DNA of 63,397 nucleotides, counting the filler, from Nemertoderma westbladi (taxonomy: Eukaryota > Animalia > Xenacoelomorpha), in the NCBI GenBank assembly GCA_032718475.1. It is 4 parts of 4 records of this genome, joined end to end, with 100 filler letters (N's around TTAATTAATTAA, not from the genome) between each part and the next. Parts side by side here need not be neighbours in the genome. Positions count along the whole stretch, not along the records: positions 1 to 26,471 come from JAUCBJ010006580.1; 3 more parts are not named here. The stretch is one strand, 5' to 3'. Positions 11,881 through 23,309 of the stretch are shown here, one piece after another. The first letter of the stretch is position 1. Every line of letters starts with the position of its first letter. The position numbers were made by a program, and so were the translations under genes. Under the pieces are notes generated by a model, which was not told the DNA's origin, did no database searches, and was given only the letters and a program-made list of their open reading frames with translations.

Positions 11881-12939
11881 TTATTCCCTGTCAGGGGTTG
11901 AAGTAGACACCGTAATAGTGCTACTACTCAGAGCTTTAGTTATCTTCTTCTTCGATTTAGATGCTGCAGTCGACTTACGGTTAGTGTCAGACTTTGTTTC
12001 CATCCTTGTAGTAGACTGCGTCTTAGGAGCCGACTTCGATTTAGAACCAGACGAAGACTTATTCTCAGATTTAGCCGACGCCACAGACTTCGTTGATTTA
12101 CCAACAGTGGAAGGTGACGTGGTGGAACTCGGGGTCCAGTGATCAATATCTTTCCTCGAGGTGATGGTAAGAATTGATCCCGAGGAAGTTGATACCAGGA
12201 TTCGGCCGTCGACTGACCAAGCAGAACGCATACCACCCTTCGCCTTGGCTTCCTTCAGTAGTGCAGCACGACGTTTGGTGAGGCTTTCCGAAATAAAAAC
12301 CTTGGTTCCTTTGAGGCTCTTGCGTTTCTGTAGGACCTTTGCTTTGGCACGATAGTTAGTGAATTTAATGATTGACAGTTTTTGTTCCGAATCTCCATTT
12401 ATACGCGGCTTTATATTGTGGCAACGATCGATGTCAGCAAGACACAAATCAACATCCAGTTTACTCTGTAGAAAAGCGAGTATCTCCTTTGCTGTCGCAT
12501 CCATATCACCCCGGTTATCTTGGACAGCGAATCCATGAATCAGCAGACAGTTCCGTCTCGAATACTGTTCCAGATCGTCCAGCGACGCATCAGTACGATC
12601 GATGCGTTGGGAGAATTGGTCCAGTCTAATCAGTGACTTCTCGAGTTCGTTCCGAAGAGCGTATACATCCATGTTGACACCGCAGTAGACCTCCTGTGAA
12701 ACCCGTTCTATGAGGACCGAATCATCAATATTGCTTGACTCAGTAGTTCCATGTAGTGATTTTCGAATCCGTTCATCAATGATCGCTGGTAGATTTGCAA
12801 GCATAGAATCTACGTGTTGGATGTTTTCATTTACCAGCACCCGCTCGTCTTCTATTTCTATTCTAGTTCCATCTATAGAGTCCGACAGGGCTTCATAATG
12901 ATTGTGGGTATGAATATCATTCATATTTCTTGATGCCAT
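11881..12939 (-). CDS. LINE ORF1: coiled coil + L1-type RRM-like domain, S/K/T-rich tail (352 aa)
   Basis: DLEQYSRRNCLLIHG, IDRCH, IIKF, VFISESLTKRR, AWSVDGRI motifs typical of this ORF1 class; lies 73 bp upstream of ORF2. Confidence 0.92.
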   Translation of the reverse strand: MASRNMNDIHTHNHYEALSDSIDGTRIEIEDERVLVNENIQHVDSMLANLPAIIDERIRKSLHGTTESSNIDDSVLIERVSQEVYCGVNMDVYALRNELEKSLIRLDQFSQRIDRTDASLDDLEQYSRRNCLLIHGFAVQDNRGDMDATAKEILAFLQSKLDVDLCLADIDRCHNIKPRINGDSEQKLSIIKFTNYRAKAKVLQKRKSLKGTKVFISESLTKRRAALLKEAKAKGGMRSAWSVDGRILVSTSSGSILTITSRKDIDHWTPSSTTSPSTVGKSTKSVASAKSENKSSSGSKSKSAPKTQSTTRMETKSDTNRKSTAASKSKKKITKALSSSTITVSTSTPDRE

Positions 12940-14859
12940 TTAGATAATAACAATTATTATTATTATTATAATTATAATGATGTAAGTAACAGTAGGTAGG
13001 TAGTACTGCAGTACTATATCAGATCATCAGATAGATGATCGCCCAGTTACAAGTTGCCCGATAGTTGTATTTTTTAAACCCCGAGTGTTGTTGACGGAGT
13101 CTGTTACTTCCGAAATCGTTGATCGTGGTGCCGGTGCCGGAATTCTGGCTTTGATTAAAAACACTGAACTGCTGAACGATGGCGGAATCTACGAAACCCG
13201 GCCGGATTCCTAATCCGAGGAGGTGACGGAGTCAATTACACGTAAACAATGAAACAATCGCGATGGACAATGGAGTCTATTCAATGTATCCAGAACGATA
13301 CGATGGCGACGGAGTCTATTACAGTATTAAACACGCAACCAAAGCGATCAGACGATGGCGAAGTAATCTACAAAACAGAGAACGACAGGAAGGCGATGGA
13401 GTTTATTAAACCCAGTAAGATGGTGCATAGCGAAGCGATCGAGACGGATAACGGAGTCTATTACAGTATTAAACCTGGAACGAAGACGGTGGAATCTAGG
13501 CCTAAACCTGGAACAATGTGAACAAGGCCACTGTAAAGTTAGACTAGACTGGTTTGTGAGATTAACTTGCCAATACTAAACTCAATACAATTTGCTTTCT
13601 TCGAATTCCTAATAATATATTTTAATCTTAATAATAAGTATTCAACATCAATTTATTTTATAATGAATAAAATTGTCAATGTATATGATTGTTAAAGACT
13701 AAAGAGCCAAAGGAAAATCTGCCGTATATTTTTAGAATTATTATAATTTATTTTGTTATGTTTATAATGAATTGTATCTTTTGACAGACTACTTGATGCG
13801 CGACTGTGATAATAAAATTAAATGGTGCCGAAATATTTTCACTTAACTGCAGGTAGGAGGGGGGGGGGGGGGGGGTGGGGGGGGGGCGCAATCAATATTC
13901 TTCCCTCTCCAGGTGAAAATCGACGCAAATAACAGCTTGTTTACTACTAAAATACAACTGCATCCTGTTCTATAGGAAAAAACATAACGGAGAAGCTTTG
14001 TTTAATGTTTAATGTTTAATAGTTTAGGGTAAGAGGAAGATAAACTTATAGATACCCATCACCGACATAATTTAAGGCAATCTTTATATGGAACCAGAAC
14101 TGAAAGTAAATTAATATGTTGTATGTAATACCGGTAATAGGATAGGCCTAATAAAATATAGTAAGAAGTTGAAGAAGAGTATAAAAAAAAACCTGATACG
14201 ACACCAACGAAATACATGTACTCAATCCAGCGTAGGACTGTTAAAAACCGGCGATGCACAAACAACGAACTAATATAGGTTAAAACAAAGTAGTGTAGAA
14301 TCGGTAGAACTATTGAAATTTGAATAAGATATGTATGGATTATTAAAAACCGACTGAATTAAAATTTAAATAAAATATGTATGAATTACTAAAAACTGAC
14401 GGGGTAGGTTAGTGTGGCGCAAACAACGTACGTACCATAATTTTAAAAAAGTATTTAAAAATATTGACAATAAATTGGTAAATAAGTACTGTTCTACAGG
14501 CTTAAAAACATGTCAATAAACAAATAGTCTAAATTGATACCAAATTTAATTAAAGATTTCTTACGTGCAGATCCGAATGTGAAGCGATTAGCCTATTGCC
14601 TAATGGTCAATAAAAATTAATTAATAAATTATGTATTCCTATATTATTGATACAATTAAAAATGATTTAATTAAAATATTGTAATTAAAATGTAGTATTC
14701 CTACTGTACCATAGGTTTTCATGCGTATCATTTGGGCATGAAAGGGTTAAATAAATAAATAAATTTATAGACTAGAAATTAAATATAAACCAATCAATTA
14801 AGTTATTGAATTCATTAAATGTAGAGTTACAATTATCACTCATTGAAAAATGTTTCTAG

Positions 14860-15000
14860 GTCCACCACGACGGATAAAATTTCAGATTGAAGTGCTTATA
14901 GTTTAGGTTGTTTAGGCGAGATTTAAAAGTATTTAATGATGGGGAAGTTACTACAGCGTCGGTTAGCGCATTCCATGGTTCGTTAGCTAAAGGGGAAACT
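14860..15000 (-). mobile_element. Short CR1-type LINE 3' fragment
   Basis: Minus strand translates as PWNALTDAVVTSPSLNTFKSRLNN, the usual CR1 ORF2 C-terminus. Confidence 0.6.
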
Positions 15001-15419
15001 TTAGCAAGTTGTGTTTATTTTAGCCGATAGATAAAGATTACATGTTTACCAAGTTTGGTATAATTTAGTCAAAGATTGAATGAGTTACGATTTTAAATTA
15101 TCAGTGGAGGGTGAAGGCGGTGGGCCAGGATTCAGTTATACTTGAATAAAGAATAGTGATTAAACCAAGGGATACGCGATATATGACACTGCTGTATAAG
15201 TTCATTGAATGACTGTTGATTTCGAAACATTTAATTCAAAACTATATAAATGTTAATATAAATGTTGGATTTTTTTTTTGTAATAATTAACAAATGAATT
15301 ATATTTCATTAATTTATTTTTTTATCTAATCACATTATTAAATAACGAAGCACAGAAATAATACTAAGATTGAATATTGAATTGAGGGTACAGTACCGAA
15401 TTGAATATTTGAATGGGAG

Positions 15420-15622
15420 AATCTTTTAGGCTCGTTAAGCCAAGGAATGCCTGTTCACCACCATGGGTGATCTTCCACAGTAAACCCTTCTTCCACTCTG
15501 TTTCCCAAGTTGCCTTGGTTCCCAATCGACCACTGAAGGATGAAAGCCGGGGTTGGGCTAGGCTGCAGCATTTAAAGCACTGTGCCCAAACAGTACTGCC
15601 CCATCTAGGGATCGAACATTGA
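15420..15622 (-). mobile_element. 5'-truncated tRNA-derived SINE
   Basis: Minus-strand B-box GTTCGATCC at ~15609-15617 followed by a SINE-like body; no A box seen. Confidence 0.45.
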
Positions 15623-16404
15623 ATATTTGAGATTGCATAAGATAGAGTATTGAATATCTTCGGCCGTCATCCCGTTGGTGACTCCATTGGCAACCATTTC
15701 GACAGTTTCGATTGGTTTCGGCTCTTCAGTGCCCGAATAGACCGATGGTCGGCGTGGTTGCTGTCCCCATGACTGAGGCTGCAATATCAACCAAAATTGC
15801 CATCTCCAGGCGCTGGAGCAGAAACTGGTGTGACTGCGGTTCGTGGGTGGCACTGTGGAGACAAGCCCCGATCTCCCGGAGGAAGGTGGATGTCTCTGGA
15901 CCAGGGCGGCCAAAGGTCTCAAAGGCCACGGGGTGAAAGAAATGGCCCGGTCCATTAGGTCGCGATACTTAGAGTTTTTAATGCGCTCCGCCCCCTCAGC
16001 TGAGTGGGTATTAGTACGTTTGAACGACACTAGCCAAACAAGCCTAAAATCAGATAAATAATGGTACCGGTACCGGTATAGCAGTATTGTTCACCACCTT
16101 GCGGATTGCATGGGTATTATTTATTAAGTTCTTTGAAGGTAATGTATTATTTTAATCTATATTACTTACTACTACTATTATTACTACTATTACTATTATT
16201 TACTAGCTTAATTATGTAATATTTTAGCTTAATCTATTAGTTTAATTACGATTTACTATGCGCTACGTAATCTTAATTACAGTCTACCGTACATACATAT
16301 TTCTAATATTATAATTAATATTTACCCCGACTGAGGGTGTATCTTATTGTAAAAAAATATTACAAGCTAATAACGCTGTTGCGATACGGTTGTTTATTTC
16401 ATAT

Positions 16405-16535
16405 GTTGGCCCTGAAAAGGGCCGTTTGGGTTGGTTAAGTCAGGTCATACAGTAGATGGCCCTGAAAAGGGCCGTTTGGGTTGAAGTCAGGTCGTACAGT
16501 AGTTGGCCCTGAAAAGGGCCGTTTGGGTTGGTTAA
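16405..16535. repeat. Three tandem subterminal repeats in Merlin
   Basis: TGGCCCTGAAAAGGGCCGTTTGGGTTG x3, each containing a GGCCC-loop-GGGCC hairpin. Confidence 0.85.
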
Positions 16536-16558
16536 GGTATAAGGTACAGTATAGACAT

Positions 16559-17608
16559 TCAGCAAGGGTAGTAATGTTTGAAAAGTGCAAGGAGATTTGA
16601 GAAAGGTCGGTCGCGATTTAAAAGTCTCCACCGAAATTCTGCCAGGTGGCCAGCAATAAGTTGCGGTGTTGTGCATTTCTTATTGCGGATGACTGACGTC
16701 TTTAAGTGGCCCCACATCGACTCTATACGTTGAGTGTGGGTGCCAGTCGCACTCACCCACTCTACCGAATGGTTGACGGTTTCGTGTATGTAGGTCCCTG
16801 TTCCATTGGTAGCAGACCACGGGTTTGTGGCGTTTGTTATGCCAACATTCACACCGCAATACGCAGACCATTCGTCGGACTGTATCTTGGTTCCACCGGC
16901 GACATGTTTCTCCAAAATAGGACGGAGGGTGTCTGCATCACGATGCAAAACGTGGTAGAGGCGGATGTCGACTTTATTATCTGGACGTTTCCATACCAGT
17001 CCAAACACCCACGGCCCATCCACTGTCGTCCCATAATTAGATCGGGATGACGGAAAGTGGTCCCCACCAAGCAAACGACCTCGGTTGTTGGTGCTCCTCT
17101 TGCGTTTTCCCCGTAATAGCGTCTCGTCGATTTGGACAATATGTCCTGGTCCACCCATTGGCTCTGACTCCTCTTGATCGCGGTACATTAATTCTCTAAT
17201 AAAATTGTACCAGTCGACAAGGGATCCATTGCCTTGCACCCCAACAATGTCGCCTAGCAACAGATGTGCAGTACGCATTCGAACTTCGAGAGCAAACGAA
17301 TACGTGATGGCCAGAATCTGCCGAACCTCGAATCGACTCTTCTCAAACCACGTTCCAGAACGTGCAGTTCGCTTGTGCTTATTAGCACCGGAGCAACGCC
17401 AAACAAGCCGCATGAATCCCCTGTCCTTCACCAGCGTAATTTTAGCTTGCGCAGTACAACCCGGAAAAGGACAAAGACGTAGGGTTGGTTGCCCATTTGA
17501 TTGTAGAGTTCGGGGGAGAAGCTCCACGCTTTGAGCAAACTCAATAGCGCGCTCCTCAGTCTCGATAAGTTTCCCAATCTCAATGAAATTTAATTCAGCC
17601 ATAGTCAT
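16559..17608 (-). CDS. Merlin DDE transposase (ISXO2-like domain)
   Basis: GGPGHIVQIDET, WVFG, IQSDEWSAY, TVNHS, HTQRIESMW, HLAEFRWR; N-terminal Cys/His zinc-binding region; uninterrupted ORF. First ATG at 17608. Confidence 0.93.
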   Translation of the reverse strand: MTMAELNFIEIGKLIETEERAIEFAQSVELLPRTLQSNGQPTLRLCPFPGCTAQAKITLVKDRGFMRLVWRCSGANKHKRTARSGTWFEKSRFEVRQILAITYSFALEVRMRTAHLLLGDIVGVQGNGSLVDWYNFIRELMYRDQEESEPMGGPGHIVQIDETLLRGKRKRSTNNRGRLLGGDHFPSSRSNYGTTVDGPWVFGLVWKRPDNKVDIRLYHVLHRDADTLRPILEKHVAGGTKIQSDEWSAYCGVNVGITNATNPWSATNGTGTYIHETVNHSVEWVSATGTHTQRIESMWGHLKTSVIRNKKCTTPQLIAGHLAEFRWRLLNRDRPFSNLLALFKHYYPC

Positions 17609-18477
17609 GATGAGTACAGTATACAAACAGTAGGCCAGTAAGTAACAGTACAGTCAATGAGTACAGTATACAAACAGTAGGCCAGTAAGTAATAGTACAG
17701 CAGTAGGCCTAACAATACTGCTATACCGGTACCGGTAACAATTTTTATCAGTTTCTATCTGATTTCATGATTGTTTGGCTAGTGTCGTTCAAACGTACTA
17801 ATACCAGCTGAGTGTCCCCCAGCAATGATGGTTTGTTGAAGGTGGCTGGGGGCCAGTGGATCTAGTAATAATTAACGCAAAGATATGATTAGGTAGGCCT
17901 ACGTCAGTATGTGATATTAGTTTCTCAAACCAAACCTATCCATCCATTGCCGTCCAAATATATCCAATTTCTCAATCCATACTACTCAGTATGTAATAAT
18001 GTACACTGTAATGCTATACCGGTAATGTCAATGTCCAACCAAACAATGCAGCAATGCGTTGAGTGTTATCGGACCATCCACCAAGAAATGTTAGGCTAAC
18101 AGCACCTCGCTCTGTCGCATCAGTTTTTGTAGTGGTCTAGTTCCAGGCTACCAGAATCCGTTAGGCCTAGTGCATTCCCTCCGATATAGAATCAGCACAT
18201 CCTGACATCTGTGCAACTCCTGAACTCACTCGAGCATTTTACATATGGTCTTGTACCACGAAACCATGTATTATTTACAGATGTAGGCTAAATTTCGGGT
18301 CATGTACCGTGCACAGTACTGGTGGGCCTACACAGCTACTGCTATTTTGCCTAATACAGGTCCCAGAGGTAAATCCTTACCCCACGGGCTGTTACCTCTC
18401 TGACTGACAGCGCAACAGCCCTCTCTCGTTGCTTGGGCTCTTGAGTTAATGGGTTGAATTACATAAGCTGGGCAGGC

Positions 18478-19518
18478 CGGTGTAACAGGAAAATATGCCC
18501 CCCCGGGAAATGTGCCCGGGGGGGCATATTTTCCTAGGAAAAAATGCCCCCCCGGGCAAATTTCCCTAGGAAAAAATGCCCCCCCTTAGGAAATTATGCC
18601 CCCCCCCTGAATTATACAATAAACAAAACTTATTACTACTAAAACTTACAAAAATTATACAAAACAATAAACAGTCACTTTACCAAATGAAGGAAAGGAG
18701 CAGGTTACAGAGGCAGGCCTTTCTAACCAAAACAATAAACGATCATTTAACTAATTGAGGGAAAGGAGCAGGTTACAGAGGCGGGATTTTCTAACCAAAA
18801 CAATAAACAGTCACTTTAGCAAATCAGGGAAAGGAGCAGGTTACAGAGACGGGATTTTCTAACCAAAACAATAAACGATAACATTACCAATTGAGAGAAA
18901 GGAGCAGGTTACAGAGGCGGGATTTTCTAACCAAAACAATAAACAATCACTTTACTGTGGTGATCAGCAGCAAGGATGGCGTTATATTATTTATAACGTT
19001 TTTTGTAATTTGATATTGTTGTGTTTCATATGTTTTGTATGTCCTTGCTGCTGATCACCACATTACCAAATCAGGGAAAGGAGCAGGTTACAGACTTAAA
19101 AAAGCTTGGAGCTGCTCGGCGCCCACACAACACCACACACTCACACTGCTGTTATACCAGTAGTTACTACAGTAGCCTACTGACTTAGATACTTCAGTAT
19201 GCTGTTCTACATCCCTTACTGCCTTACCTGTTACCTGCTTACCTACCGGCATAGCCTACCGGTACCGTACTATTCTTCCAACTATTACAAGTTCTGCAGT
19301 TGGTAGATTAAAAGTGGCTACCAGCAGACCGGTATCGTACCAGTTTTCAGACTTTTGAGGGGGGCTAATTTTCCTGAGGGGAGGCATTATTTCCTAAGGA
19401 GAAAATGCCCCCCCGGGCTAAATTTCCTAGGAAAAATTGCCCGGGGGGGACATAATATCCTAGGAAATAATGCCCCGGGGGGCATATTCTAGGGGGGGCT
19501 GATTTCCTTGTGACACCG
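18478..19518. mobile_element. Non-autonomous DNA transposon with CGG...CCG ends and 2-bp TSD (CMC/EnSpm-like)
   Basis: Imperfect TIR CGGTGTAACAGGAAAAT vs ATTTCCTTGTGACACCG; TSD GC; subterminal CCTAGGAAA/GCCCCCCCGGG arrays at both ends; internal ~62-bp tandem repeats. Confidence 0.8.
18956..19062. mobile_element. 107-bp mini-element with 21-bp perfect TIR and 4-bp TSD
   Basis: TGTGGTGATCAGCAGCAAGGA ... TCCTTGCTGCTGATCACCACA, flanked by TTAC on both sides; it interrupts one tandem unit of the host element. Confidence 0.9.
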
Positions 19519-19757
19519 GCTTGCGTGTGTCTCATAAAAGACATGTCAATCACGCAGTTCCTTTGTGGGCTTTACTAAATGTATGTTGTTAACTAAACCA
19601 CACTGGCTCGGTCTGTTTGTAGAGAAAGTTTTAATTCTGGGAATATTGTTGTGGGAAATTGGTGCTCTGTTGTCTGTCTGTTTGATGTCAATTGGTGCCT
19701 TACAAGGCATATCAGTTTAAAAATCTAATGGTTAATTAAGAATTATTAGTGCATATG

Positions 19758-22700
19758 TGTTTGCGCTTTTAAGACCTTTGACAGTTTAACCTGCCAAATT
19801 AGGATGTCTTTTAGATGATATATAGTCTTTAGCCTATGACGAGTATTTGATACACTACATTAGCCGAAGCCAGTCTATGCGCAATCATTCACCCGCTGGA
19901 TATACCCGGGAGACTGAATTCGGAAGCTTAATGATTGATGGTGCAAGCCTACTGTATTATTCGACTGATCGTAATATATAATCTCTGACAAATATTATTC
20001 ACTTTCGGGAAATATTAACAGTTCCTTTAGGACGTGGCGCTCTAAATATGTAAACAGAGTTATGACTTAAACTAGACACAACGAAAAGGCTATAGATTCA
20101 CGTATATGGCGCATTCTTTAGGAGATGCTTTGTTATCTGTTACAATCATACACAATGCTGCACAATACTGCACACTAATCTGCCGACCTTCACTAAATTT
20201 AGTCACGTATAAAGAGAGCAACATACAATTTATGTCGGGCCTATGAAATAGCATTAGATTCACTTCAAACCACTTAACATAGGTCGCAATCGTTTATATG
20301 TAACCGGTCTCTCTAACCTTTAGTATATCAAGAAGATTGGGGTGTCTGACTATTGATCAGTATTCCGATATAATATTTCATCAACAAATATAATGAACAA
20401 CCGACAGCAAAAGCAGTAATATTAGTAAGATTTGTATAATATAGTATGGATTGGTTTGATATGTTAACTCGATAACAGATATACGTTCTATAATTAAGCC
20501 TACTAATGTTAAGCTAAAGACTGAAACACGGAGGTGCCAAAAGCCGGTGTTCTTAGGCTCTGGGCAAAAACATAACACTGAATTCCTGAGTTTCTGTATC
20601 CAACCTCCAACACAGAGACAAAAAACGCTCTGATTGGTCGACCGAGCAAAGAGAGAACAAAGAACAAAGAAAGGTTCGACGTGGCAATATCAGCTGTTAG
20701 CCGTCGTCATGGTAGCGACACTGTTTTCAAGAGGATCTAGCTTATTGCGTCACGAGATTGCGGATTATGTCCTCTAAAGTACAAATACAGAAGAAATGAC
20801 TTTTATGTCCTCTAAAACACCAGTACAGTAAGGACACGGCCTTTTTATGCCTGGTAAACCAACTACAGAGTACTTTACGGGAAAATAACCGGTTAATTAC
20901 GCAAAAGCTTTTACACCGCTCCCAGAAAATGGGATTTAAGTCTATAAAATATAACAAATCACAGTTTCTAAAATATAAAAATACTCTAAACAGTTAGTCT
21001 TTCTTACGTGGACGGCGTTTACGCAGTTTTTTGAGGCTAGCAAGAGTCCTTTTCTCTTTGGGGCGAGCCACTTTACTAGGAGGGCTGTAACTCCTGGGTG
21101 AAGGGTGCAATACAATTGCATCAGAAGGTTTCGGATTGCGATCGGTGTATCCGCCGGTCGAGGTACCTGGTTGATCGATATCAACTTCAGTGGAGCGAGG
21201 TCTAACGGCCTTTAGGGTGCGTCTTAGGACAGCAGCTCCTACTGGTCCTTGACGGGTCGTCTGGACAACGGCGGTAGGCGGACCGTGAGTGGTGAGAAAC
21301 TTCCTGGGTTTAATAGTTCTTTCCAGCTCGCGTTCTCGGGCTCGATATTCGTAGGGCCGTCGAGATACTTCCTGTAACTCAGGGTGCGAGTTGATAAATA
21401 AATCGCCATACTCAGGGTCTTGACGGATATAATTGATCAAATGGTATGAAGTAATATCGTTAGGATTGACGTTCCTAAGATATCTTCGAACAAATTTGGT
21501 GGAAATACACTCACCAACACGCTTCATTAGCTCGTAACTCGGTATGCGTGTTTTTTGTTCCACAGACGCTAATAAATAAGGATGGAACGCGTAAACTCCC
21601 TCGTAAGAGCGTCCAGGGTAGTATCGATGACGGGACTTGTAAAAGCTTCTGTGGGATATAACTGGCCCCTTTTGCTTCGCAATCCAGTTTCCCCCCAGGC
21701 GCTGGAATACTCTAAAAAGGTTCTCTAACTGTATATATATTCCCCTCGCCCGCAAGGTACCTTTACAGGTGTTTTAACGGACATAAAAATCATTCTGCTA
21801 TATACGTGTTTTGGCGGACATGGTAAGGCAAAAAACTTGTAATGCACCAACTACCTTTCACAGCTTAGCCGTGATGATTCATATTACGACATCTAGCAGC
21901 TGGTTGCTGACATGGAAACAGCCACTGGACGCGTGGTTCTTTGTTTGGCTTGGGCCAATCGGGGCGGTTTTTCCTGTCGACGTGTAGCTTTTAGTCGATC
22001 ATAAGGAGAGTGTTCAGTCTTACTGCCTTACTTGATACTTTGTTGTTATTGCTGTCTAAGCCAGAAACACCGGCTTTTTGGTAAGAACTCTAGTAAACTG
22101 CTTAGATTATAGAAAGTATAACTGTTACCGGCGGCGGTGTTACCTCACTTAATTTAACTGCACTAATCATATTGTTTGTACTGCTATTTACCGTCAGTTA
22201 TTAATTGTATCTATTTGTTGATGGAAATATTGCTCTTTGGAGAATACGGATAAATCACCCAAAATTCCCAATTTTCTTGATACACTACAGGTTAGAGAGG
22301 CGGGCTATATATAACAATTGCGATTTATATCAATGTGGTGTGTATTGAATCTAATGTTATTTAGTAGACACTACCTGAGTCAATTGCTATTCTCTTTATG
22401 TGTGATCAAATATACTGACGGTCGGCAGAATAGTGTGCATAATTGTGAGTGTGATGTGACTGGTAACAAAGCATTTCCTAAAGAATGCGACTTATACTTT
22501 AATCATAAGCCTTATCGTTGCGTTTAGTATAAGTCCTAGCTCTGTTTAAATAGATAGAGCGCCACGTCCTAAAGGAACTGTTAATATTTCCCGAAAGCTA
22601 ATAATATCTGTCAGAAATTAATTATTAGTGATCTATCGAATAATACAATAGGTTTACACTGCAACCTTACACTGCAATAATAAAATCTAAGCATCCGAAT

Positions 22701-22872
22701 TCAGCCTCCCGGGTATAGATCCATCGGGTGAATGATCGCGCATGGGCTGGCTTCGGCTAATGTTTTGTTTATTAGCATAAAATATTGTCGTATGCTAAAG
22801 GTGTGTTAATTAACTAAAAGACATATAAATTTTGGCAGGTTAAACTGCTAAAGGTCTTCAAAAGCGCGAACA
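19758..22872. repeat. ~3.1-kb diverged inverted repeat (fold-back), ~1.1-kb clear arms
   Basis: 19758-20840 is the colinear reverse complement of 21755-22872, e.g. a 43-bp perfect block 20002-20044 vs 22555-22597, and 19861-19930 vs 22688-22759. No TSD seen. Confidence 0.92.
20994..21755 (-). CDS. Hypothetical 253-codon basic protein in the centre of the fold-back
   Basis: Long stop-free, non-repetitive frame ending KEKRTLASLKKLRKRRPRKKD. No ATG near the 5' end (TTG start, or splicing needed). No family recognised. Confidence 0.5.
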   Translation of the reverse strand: MRARGIYIQLENLFRVFQRLGGNWIAKQKGPVISHRSFYKSRHRYYPGRSYEGVYAFHPYLLASVEQKTRIPSYELMKRVGECISTKFVRRYLRNVNPNDITSYHLINYIRQDPEYGDLFINSHPELQEVSRRPYEYRARERELERTIKPRKFLTTHGPPTAVVQTTRQGPVGAAVLRRTLKAVRPRSTEVDIDQPGTSTGGYTDRNPKPSDAIVLHPSPRSYSPPSKVARPKEKRTLASLKKLRKRRPRKKD

Positions 22873-23062
22873 GTAACAGTTTATTTTGTATTGCAGTGTA
22901 AGCATTAAATACAGTTTAATACTGTTCTGTCGAACAGTAACAGTTAATAATCTTATTGCAGTAGGCAATAAGGTTGCAAGTGTAGGCATTAAATACAGTT
23001 TAATACTGTTCTGTCGAACAGTAACAGTTTATAATCTTATTGCAGTAGGCAATAAGGTTGCA
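22868..23062. repeat. Tandem duplication, ~87-bp unit
   Basis: GCATTAAATACAGTTTAATACTGTTCTGTCGAACAGTAACAGTT..TAATCTTATTGCAGTAGGCAATAAGGTTGCAA twice. Confidence 0.85.
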
Positions 23063-23309
23063 AAATACCGTAGTGACTGGTAAAACTGAACCGGTGCTTC
23101 TGTAGGTCAGTAGGCCTAACTGTCATCACCGGTACCGGTACTGCTGTACAAGTACATTTAGTATTATTCGATTTTGATTATTGTATACCGGTAGGTCTCG
23201 ATATTAAATCGGGGACGCCTGGTTTTTATTGGGATTTTACTTAGGTCTATTTCTGTCAGTTTTATTTACTAGTAGGCTAATATTGAGCAGAAGGCGTGTG
23301 ACCCTGCTC

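Larger units (their letters stand above)
7870..13520 (-). mobile_element. Near full-length CR1-group (Crack/L2-like) LINE
   Basis: Two intact tandem ORFs. The 3' end has AATAAA followed by an (AAAGTT)n-like tail on the minus strand (~7870-7908). The putative 5' UTR has degenerate tandem repeats (ACGGAGTCTATTACAGTATTAAAC); the 5' boundary is approximate. Confidence 0.85.
16007..17805 (-). mobile_element. Complete Merlin (IS1016/IS1595-like) DNA transposon
   Basis: TIR GGTATTAGTACGTTTGAACGACACTAGCCAAACAA at both ends plus a second inner inverted block; perfect 9-bp TSD AGCTGAGTG (15998-16006, 17806-17814). Confidence 0.95.
15726..17865 (-). pseudogene. CRE-clade non-LTR retrotransposon 3' remnant (restriction-like endonuclease), split by the Merlin insertion
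   Basis: Joining 17806-17865 to 15726-15997 gives LDPLAPSHLQQTIIAGGHSAEGAERIKNSKYRDL, then after one frameshift AFETFGRPGPETSTFLREIG...FLLQRLEMAI...SVMGT. This is the CRE-type REL C-terminus. Confidence 0.75.

Noticed and set aside
13249-13521. 90-aa plus-strand ORF upstream of LINE ORF1
   Set aside because: Built from degenerate tandem repeats of the presumed LINE 5' UTR; no independent coding evidence.
19758-22872. Interpretation of the fold-back as a standard MULE/Foldback transposon
   Set aside because: No TSD, low arm identity and pairing extending into the ORF. Not excluded, but not supported from this window.
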